A stretch of DNA of 57,410 nucleotides, counting the filler, from Basidiobolus ranarum (taxonomy: Eukaryota), in assembly GCA_040143965.1 (NCBI GenBank). It is 7 parts of 7 records of this genome, joined end to end, with 100 filler letters (N's around TTAATTAATTAA, not from the genome) between each part and the next. Parts side by side here need not be neighbours in the genome. Positions count along the whole stretch, not along the records: positions 49,311 to 57,410 come from JASJQH010007895.1; 6 more parts are not named here. One strand, 5' to 3'. Shown here one piece after another: positions 49,311-57,410 of this stretch; the first letter of the stretch is position 1, and every line of letters begins with the position of its first letter. The position numbers and the translations under genes are program-made. The notes under the pieces are model-generated. The model made no database searches. It had not been told where the DNA came from and saw only the letters and a list, made by a program, of their open reading frames with translations.

Positions 49311-49947
49311 TCATCAAATTTCGTAATATTTGAATCCTCATTAATTTTTATCTTTTAGTCAAGAGTATGCAAACAAAATAAATTAACAAAAATGTCTAAA
49401 AATACTCAGTAAAAATGGCTATTGATACTGTATGTAGGAAGGTTGTTTATAAAGTGTGAAATCGTAGTCAAAATCTAACCCTGAATGTGTGCACTCATCA
49501 TGATGGTAGAACCCTTTTATGTGTATGCAATCAATTTCATTGTGGCAGTTTCTGTTGTGACATGTTAGGCTAATCTTGTGGAAGAAGCTGGTAGTAGAGT
49601 TGCATATCAGAGACTGACCGCACGGTCAACATTGAGAATTCTTATACACTGTTCTACGATACTAAAAGAATTCTTTAGCGCGGTTCCGTGAAATATTATC
49701 AATCAACTTTTCTCTAATCTTACACAAGTGTTCTCGAAAGTGGCATTCTTTTTTGGCGAAGTAAAGCCATGATTATCTTAAACGCTTGGCAAGAATTTGA
49801 CACTTCTAGTATATGTCTCTGATCAAAAGAATCCAGGCTGCGGGAGATCACCACGTCTAGGCGCGGTAACATTGGAAAAGGAGTTAGCTAAGAACACCGG
49901 GTATATTGTAGGGAGCAAACACTTATTATGTAGTAGATAACTTTATC

Positions 49948-49999
49948 ATCTACATATATCCCACCACACACATATCTACATATATCCCACTACACACAT
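49948..49999. repeat. 26-bp tandem duplication (2 copies, 1 mismatch)
   Basis: ATCTACATATATCCCACCACACACAT / ATCTACATATATCCCACTACACACAT. Confidence 0.9.
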
Positions 50000-51162
50000 A
50001 AAAGGAAGTCAAGTTTAACCTATATGATTCCCGACTGGGTCTTTTTCTATAGTTTGGATGACAAAAAAGATTTACTTGACTACGATTGCTAATTATATGA
50101 TTATTAATTATATTTTACCCATTCCATCAACTTGTGCTGGTCAAATATTGAGTCATGATAAATATATTCCATATAACCCTAACCCTAATCCTTAACTAGA
50201 CCAAGTTGAACAACCAACTAATATCAATGGTGCTTGATTCCTGAAATCCCAGCCTAAGCGCACTAAGTGATACCACAAGTGCCTGGCTAAAAGATCGAGT
50301 GGCATGTTGGTCAAATACAGAACCTGACATTCACCTTCCCTTCCCTTGCCGATCCCGTTGCGCCGTCATGCACTGAAAGTATAATGTATAGAGCGAACAA
50401 CGACCGTGAACAACGACTGCAATGCAAAGAATATCGAAGGCCAACATGTAAACAAAGCAATTAATTCGAAAAAGAATTCCCCCGTGATCTCGCACATCTT
50501 AACCCGTCCAATCATTATAACGTACATTCAATAACTATTGACCCCAAACCTCTTTTGCTTAGACCAGACCATCATGTGACCTTCTTTTTACCCATCACCC
50601 GCGATGTCTCGCCCATGACTTACGACTGCTATCAGAAACCAGTTAAGAATATATGCACATTTACCTGTCTCAAACTAAGCTTCTGGAGGAAGAATTGGAT
50701 TTTTATTAGTTTCGTCAATCTCTCGAGTCCAATAATATGCTGACTATGGTGATTCAGATTACAGATTATATGTAATCTTGGAATGAAAGCATTGAATCGA
50801 ATTAAATCCTCTAACTATCAATTGGGACGCTTTCCAATTTGATGACTTTTTTATTACTTTAGAATAAGCAAGTCCGATTTTAATGGAAAATTACATCATC
50901 CTGAATAGCCACCGTCACATCTGTAGCTGAACAATTCGATGTCACTCCTTTTTTCCATCAATCTCTTCATTTTTAAAAGAGATCCCTGATTCCTATTTAA
51001 TACTCTTTAGGTTACCTCTCTTACGTTTACATCTATCCTGTTAATAGTTGACATATTATTTCGGTTCAGCACACTAATATTACTTTACATTCCTTCCTGA
51101 ATAGCGTGAAGCTTCCATTTGCTCAGTTTTTTCACAAACATCAGAGTATTGCAGCCCTCATT

Positions 51163-52680
51163 ATGGTTTCTTTTTTCCCTGTTATCTCAGCGTGTGTTCA
51201 ACTATGGCGCTCAACAGTATTCTGGGTCGTTAATCCGCTATTTGAGCTTTGTGAGTCTTTATTGACCGAAGGACTTCAAGAATCCGATTTACTAGCAATA
51301 TTAAGTTTTTCGAATCAGATAGAGTCAGAATCAGCCCAATATTTCCGACAAAAAGAATCTCTTAAAGCTCACTTTAAAACTCCTACAGTTACAAGTCTTC
51401 AGTTTAAAAGGGGTCCGGTTGAAACTGGGACTGGGGAGCACTCTTCGTTTTCTCGTATCACAGTGAGAGATTTACCTCAGGAGATTCTCTTCCACATTCT
51501 TTCTATGGACGAAAATCCCGTTGCTTTGCGTAACCTAATACTCGTGAACAAACTCTGGTACCGACTGGTTGTGCCTCTTCTTTATAAAAGCCCAAAGATT
51601 TATCCCAACAACACGTACCAAAACATTTTCTCGACGCAATCTGTTTGGAATACTATAACTCGGCCTATTACCTCTAGATTTGATTCACAAGGATTGCCAA
51701 AAAACTTTCCAATAAAAGTATACGGAGGACTTATTCAGAGCCTTAACTTGACCGATGGTCAAGAACTCGTCACGGATGCTACCATTAAAGCATTGGCCTG
51801 TTTTTGTCCCAACTTAAAAAGGATAAACCTCAGCTCCTGTTTCAACATTACTGACAATTCACTGGTTGACATACTGGAGGCCTGCTCCCATTCTCTCGAA
51901 TCTATTAATCTAAATGGCTGTAGCAAAATAACCGATAACGGAGTAGCTTTAATTGGCCTCAAGTGCTCCAGAGTCGAAAGTGTTAACCTTGCGGGCTGTC
52001 ATGAAATTACGGACTCAACCATCATTTCGATCTCCGAAGGTTGTCGCTCCTTAAAACAACTGAGAATTTCCGATTGCAGCTCTGTCACCCACAAATCTAT
52101 TTTGACACTCGTTCTAAATTGCCCCAGATTGCAGTGGTTAGATATTGCCCGTATAGGGTCAATGTCAGACAGGTGTGTTCGAGCCATCGCAGATACATGT
52201 CGTGAACTTGAATGGATCAATCTCGCACGTCCCTCTTTCTTCCATGCACTCTTTCCTCATTCAGCAAGTAATATTGCCCTTTTACCAGAAGAACCGGATA
52301 TAAGCGACGACACAATACATCGTCTCGTCACCAATTGTCCTCGTCTTCAGTTACTCGACATCAGCTATGTGCCTTCCATTACCAACTCGTCCATTGAGTC
52401 CATATCAGAACATGCATCACAATTGGTCTGCCTAACCATCATTGGATGTCGTCAAATTACTGCCGAAGCATTAAGAAGCCTAGCCAAGTTACGAAAGCGA
52501 GCAGGTCGTTTAGGGTGTATAACAATGGGGGACTCACCAAATTTAAGCGAAGAAAATATAGAAGAAATCACTAATGAACCTGAAGGGTTATTGAGTGGAT
52601 GGCAAAAGAGTGCTGTTGATGAAGGATCCCTCAAAGAAGTTCTCGGAGGTATGTCGTGGGATGATGTAGGCTCATGGTAG
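51163..52680 (+). CDS. F-box / leucine-rich-repeat (Cys-containing LRR) protein, intronless
   Basis: F-box DLPQEILFHIL...LVNKLWYRLVVPLLYKSP; repeated L..L.L..C..ITD LRRs. ATG at 51163 is used rather than the GTG in the ORF track. Confidence 0.9.
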   Translation: MVSFFPVISACVQLWRSTVFWVVNPLFELCESLLTEGLQESDLLAILSFSNQIESESAQYFRQKESLKAHFKTPTVTSLQFKRGPVETGTGEHSSFSRITVRDLPQEILFHILSMDENPVALRNLILVNKLWYRLVVPLLYKSPKIYPNNTYQNIFSTQSVWNTITRPITSRFDSQGLPKNFPIKVYGGLIQSLNLTDGQELVTDATIKALACFCPNLKRINLSSCFNITDNSLVDILEACSHSLESINLNGCSKITDNGVALIGLKCSRVESVNLAGCHEITDSTIISISEGCRSLKQLRISDCSSVTHKSILTLVLNCPRLQWLDIARIGSMSDRCVRAIADTCRELEWINLARPSFFHALFPHSASNIALLPEEPDISDDTIHRLVTNCPRLQLLDISYVPSITNSSIESISEHASQLVCLTIIGCRQITAEALRSLAKLRKRAGRLGCITMGDSPNLSEENIEEITNEPEGLLSGWQKSAVDEGSLKEVLGGMSWDDVGSW

Positions 52681-54237
52681 TTACCGACAAAAACGAGGGC
52701 AATGGTCTGATGGTTGACTAGAAAAGAAAAGTCAATAATCACAGCACTCCTTTGAATATTCCTATGTAACTCTATTTGTTTGATATATATGTAAATGTAT
52801 GTTATAATTTTCAATCCACACCCTTTCTCATTCCAATTATCATAATCGTACAAATTGACTTGTAATTTTCAGATCGGTTTACATTCTCCAAGACCCCCTC
52901 CCCCTCCCCTCACAAGTCATATCACTTATTCACTGTTGTATTTAGCTACTACTCATGACTCTTGAAAAATGAACACTCCCACCCACCTTCACCTTCACAA
53001 ACCGTTGTTATGCGTTTTATATCTTTATACATTCAGCGATCTCTATTACTGCCATTAGCATAACCCTAACCATCATTTGCTAAGCCTACTTTACAAATCT
53101 GTAAATAAATCTACGACCACTTTATTCTAACCCAGACAAATGAAATAGTTTACGAGATGAATCTTAAACTTAAACTGATTAAATTATAATGCGTGGATGA
53201 AACACTTTATCGCAAGATAAATCATGTACCCTTCTCCACTCGACTCCACCCATCCATCTTTTAAGATGATACTTCAATTAAACTACTGATAGATGAAACA
53301 ACCAGTTTGAATTGAACTTTAAATTATCCACGACATGCATGAACCATCCAAGTCAAAAATTTAAAAATTATGACATAATTTGAAAGCAATCAAAATTTCC
53401 CACTAAATAAATAGAATAGTAGATTAAATTTCGCCATAGGGAAGAAATGAATCTGAAACGATATATTGAAATTCATGAAACTAATATTCATTTAATTGAA
53501 GTGAATAACAAACACCCACACCCACATCAAACTTTAACTTTTTGTGAACAAAAAATTTCACTCTCATCCAACAAATGTATTTTTGGCCATGGACATCTGT
53601 AGAAAGTATGAGGTCGACGTCTTACCATTTAAACAAAATGGAAATTAACTCAGGTTTACTATCTATTTCCCAGTTTTTCTCACCATGAGCGTTAGCTCAA
53701 TACTGATGTCCCTAACTGAAGTAATCATCATTGTGAATTTCCGACTGGCAAGGATTCGATCATTCAACCTCGAGGGTTGACCTAACCGCCTAAGACCATG
53801 AGAATATACTCTTGATCTATTTAATTATGAAATACTGATATTATTATTAGGACTGATTCAATAATAAACACGAGTAAAATCACTTCAAGTCCTCAATCAG
53901 TTTGGCACAGTTGTATCTGGTTCGACACTGTGGATCGGAGGGATTGTAAACGATAATTCTAAGCATTATTTATCGAGTGTAATGTTGATTCTAGTATAGG
54001 TCTATTCATTCAACGGCGGAGAAGTAGTGCGACATGAAGAGTAAGAATCGTTGTTGGTTATTTACAAAGGCAAGTTTGAACATACAGAATGAAAAACTTG
54101 AGTAAAAGTACATCATTAATCGACCAGGATGTTAAGTAAAAGTACATGATTAATCAGCCAGGATTCCAAGCAAAAGTAGGTAGAAGTACACGAAAGAAAA
54201 GTACAGGTAATGATTACAAGTAGGAATTAGAAGAGGA

Positions 54238-54891
54238 TCAGAAATATTCCGATAGCAATTCCAGATCCCAAGTTGGTAGTGAGTCATCAAAGCAAGTATT
54301 AGCTTGAACTTCTAAATCCAATGGACTGACTGGTAAATCATCCAAAAAAGAGGGTAATTGGGTAGGGAAATACCAAGTTTGAATTTTTTCTACGTGGGAT
54401 AGGAATTCTTCCAAGAAGAGTAACCATGTCTGGTATTGCTCACAACTTAAACATAAATCTAAATTGCTACTTAAAAAGTGCATCTCTAACTGATTTAGCT
54501 CCTCTATGGGGATCCCACTTGCGATAGACCAAGAGCGATTGTTGTAAGCTACATCTTCGTGGAACTTCATAGCTAGCATCAACGAGACGGTGATCAATTG
54601 GCATTCGTCGTATAAATCCTTCTCGTCGGGATGGCATTGCCGATAGCGGTGTAGGTACATCAGACCTATGATGATAACAGACCACGAGAGCTGTGTACGA
54701 TTTAAAAGGAACTGACAGAACTGTTTAAAATCTAATGGGGCAAAGCAAGTAAAGGGCACATCGTTCATGTGCCAAATAGAAAAGCACAAGTCCGATACAA
54801 CATCAACTAACTCCGAATAATCCATGATGTCATCGGGACAAGACAGGGATAGTTTGGACATAGTTAAATCATCTTCGAGTAATGTATTCAT
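54238..54891 (-). CDS. Pcl/Clg1-like cyclin (Pho80 family), intronless
   Basis: FKQFCQFLLNRTQLSWSVIIIGLMYLHRY...SLMLAMKFHEDVAYNNRSWSIASGIPIEELNQLEMHFL. Confidence 0.88.
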   Translation of the reverse strand: MNTLLEDDLTMSKLSLSCPDDIMDYSELVDVVSDLCFSIWHMNDVPFTCFAPLDFKQFCQFLLNRTQLSWSVIIIGLMYLHRYRQCHPDEKDLYDECQLITVSLMLAMKFHEDVAYNNRSWSIASGIPIEELNQLEMHFLSSNLDLCLSCEQYQTWLLFLEEFLSHVEKIQTWYFPTQLPSFLDDLPVSPLDLEVQANTCFDDSLPTWDLELLSEYF

Positions 54892-56775
54892 GATAGTGTG
54901 AGAAGGCTCAGTTCATTGATATAAGTGTATGTGCTGCACAATTCGAGGGTACCTGGCTCATCTTATATACGCTCCCACAAGCTCTTACACGATCCATGCC
55001 ACAGTGGATGTTTCACTAAACAGAGTTACTAAGGCACATTCAACCAGCCATTCTCCGGCCGTGTTACATAACATCCCCTCACCTCAATGTAAAAGGCAGA
55101 AGCAGAGCATATCAATCATTTCCTAAACTAAAAGCTAAACATAATATAAAAGGCAACCGCATCCATACAGAGCATATCGATTGGATCCAAGCAACAATAA
55201 CAAGAAAATTAAACTAAATTTGATTGGCATCAACTGATTAGACATTCAGGCAATTCTCAGATTCTTGTCCTCCTTAACGGGGTAAAGTAGGGAAGGGGCT
55301 GATTGGTGTAGTATATATATATACTCATAGAGGACTAAATGGACTCACAAACTATGATTTTCCCGCCGAATCACATAATTACTTCAGAAGAGAATGATGC
55401 ATGAATCTGCAGGCGGATAATTATTTCCCATAAATGTGACAAAGGAGTCACCGACATGAATCATCTGGTAAAACGATCTCGATCCCGCGTCTCAATTCAT
55501 AGCCAATGACAATGCATGCGCAAACATTCATTGAAATGAACATTCCACGAGGCACGCAAGCTAACCCTAAGATTCGATGATGGCAATCGCTAACCCAACC
55601 TATCCCTTACCTATCCCCATCCACTCAGACCCACCATCCCCAATCAGTAAGATATATATCAATGATCATTGCTTGCTGAAACTTCTGCCTATTGACAGCC
55701 CTTTGCCCCATCTTTGGCAATTTATCTGTTAATCAGCACGTAGTTTCAACGTCTGTATCCCCCTGATACACAGGTTCAGTCTCCTGTCACATCAGTCCAG
55801 TCAGAATTAGGGCTGAGCCCATCTAAATTTTGATATCTGCCTTTGAAACCCATCTCAACTTGTACGCAACCAAATAGAACATATATTTGGCTGGTGGCGT
55901 TTGGCAAATTGGTTCTGGATGAGTACAGACTAACCGCTTTATTCACCTTGTTCCCCTTACCACACTATTCGCTTTATTCGCTTTATTCCCACCCATGATA
56001 TCATTTTTGATTGGGAAGGTTTAGTTTGCCAAAGCCTGTTCTTTCCCCATCACTTTGCGATAAAAGAAGCGTTATTAGCACAGAATCTTCATCAAAACTA
56101 GTTGATTTTGCCTTACATATATATCGTACAACCCTAAAATCGATATTAATTGGCTGATGAGTATTGCATTTGGTGGCAAAAATTCAATAAACATCAACTA
56201 AATACGTACATATATATATATAGCCAACATTAAGTAGCATCAACTAATTGTATATATTGCCAATTGAGTAGACATCAACGAGCATTCACACTTTTTAATA
56301 CAATATCATTGCCACCAAAGTATATATTCTAGTGGCTGGTGTATACGAAAAGGACATAGTCAACACATATATTAAAATTAAGAAATAACCCCTCTGCAAT
56401 GCACATTAACTCGGTTCATCTAACTATAATCTGTCGAGTCTTAGCGTAAAGTTACAGAAGGAGAGAACAGTGCGAAAGTACTCTCCTGGATAGTTGCGAG
56501 GGTTTTTCATCTCGTGCCTACCGTGGAGATCCCAAGTGACTGACCAAAACTAGATTGATGGATTATCGAATCAAAGTTGCATTAAAGGTGATTTAAGTTA
56601 GATAAGGGGAGACACACAATGGGTGCATTAAATTAGCTTTGATTATGCTATTCACTTTGTTGTTGATCAGATTACTCGGATCCATTTGGTTGGTTTTTTT
56701 TTCTTGCGCTATCTTGGTTTTCCAATTATTTAGTAACCATAATTTTATTTCGGCTTTTCCTGTTCATTCGTCGTC

Positions 56776-57293
56776 ATGTCTGATATCAACGCTATCGCCA
56801 AGTCCTTCGTTGACTATTACTACAACACCTTCGATGGTAATAGAGCTGAGCTCAGCCCTCTTTACGTACGTATATCGACTATAATACCTGAATAGCACGA
56901 AGATCAATTTGTTCATTTCCATTTTCTTTTCCTTCAGAGAGAGGCCTCTATGTTGACTTTCGAAGGTCAACCTTTCCAAGGTGTTAAAAACATCGTTGAG
57001 AAATTGACTTCCCTTCCTTTCCAACGTGTTCAACACCGCGTCTCCACTCTTGATGCTCAACCATCCCACCCACAACAAGGTTCCATTGTCATCAGTGTTA
57101 CCGGACAACTCTTGGTATTAATTTTATAGCAACTTTTATCAATGTAGATGTTTATTAACTTAACATATTTCTCTTTTTACCGTAGATCGATGAAGAATCC
57201 AACCCCCAACAATTTACTCAGTGCTTCCAACTTGTACCTGAAGGTAACAATTACTGGGTATTCAACGATGTTTTCCGTCTTGTTTACGGTTAA
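56776..57293 (+). CDS. NTF2: Nuclear transport factor 2, 3 exons (not in the ORF track)
   Basis: Exons 56776-56865, 56938-57114 and 57186-57293 give MSDINAIAKSFVDYYYNTFDGNRAELSPLYREASMLTFEG...IVEKLTSLPFQRVQHRVSTLDAQP...VTGQLLIDEESNPQQFTQCFQL...YWVFNDVFRLVYG*. Confidence 0.97.
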
Positions 57294-57410
57294 ATATTTT
57301 CAAATGATGGATTTCAGTGATTCCTCGACTATTAATAAACAATGGTCGAAGTATTTGCATATAATATATCATTTTATGCTGGCATTTCATTTGAATAAAT
57401 AATAGTAATT

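Overview
Intron-rich eukaryotic DNA (GT-AG introns of about 55-90 nt with CTAAC-type branch points), most consistent with an early-diverging fungus (Zoopagomycota/Mucoromycota; this is inferred, not proven). It is not one locus. Six identical 100-nt N-TTAATTAATTAA-N linkers join seven contigs of decreasing size (8129 down to 8100 nt), so neighbours across a linker carry no meaning. Host genes: FOX2 3' end, Igo1/endosulfine, a Tea1/Kel1-like kelch protein, a Mei2-like RRM protein, a coiled-coil protein with Rab11-FIP-like motifs, a small secreted protein, acyl-CoA oxidase 3' part, a C2H2 transcription factor, tricalbin 3' part, PP2C, RPS28, two Pcl/Pho80-type cyclins, a caleosin with an in-frame stop, a bacterial-looking NADPH-dependent FMN reductase, DHFR, a PA-TM-RING ligase, an F-box/LRR protein and NTF2. 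Mobile DNA: several copies of one degraded, strongly CpG-depleted Ty1/copia family, and two different degenerate intron-containing Fanzor (eukaryotic TnpB-like RNA-guided nuclease) genes. One (32888-34047) keeps the full D-E-D RuvC triad and zinc finger and is followed by a Tc1/mariner-type right end with periodic subterminal repeats. The other (7476-8026) ends in a bipartite NLS followed by a hairpin and a different candidate terminus. Both define candidate omegaRNA regions.
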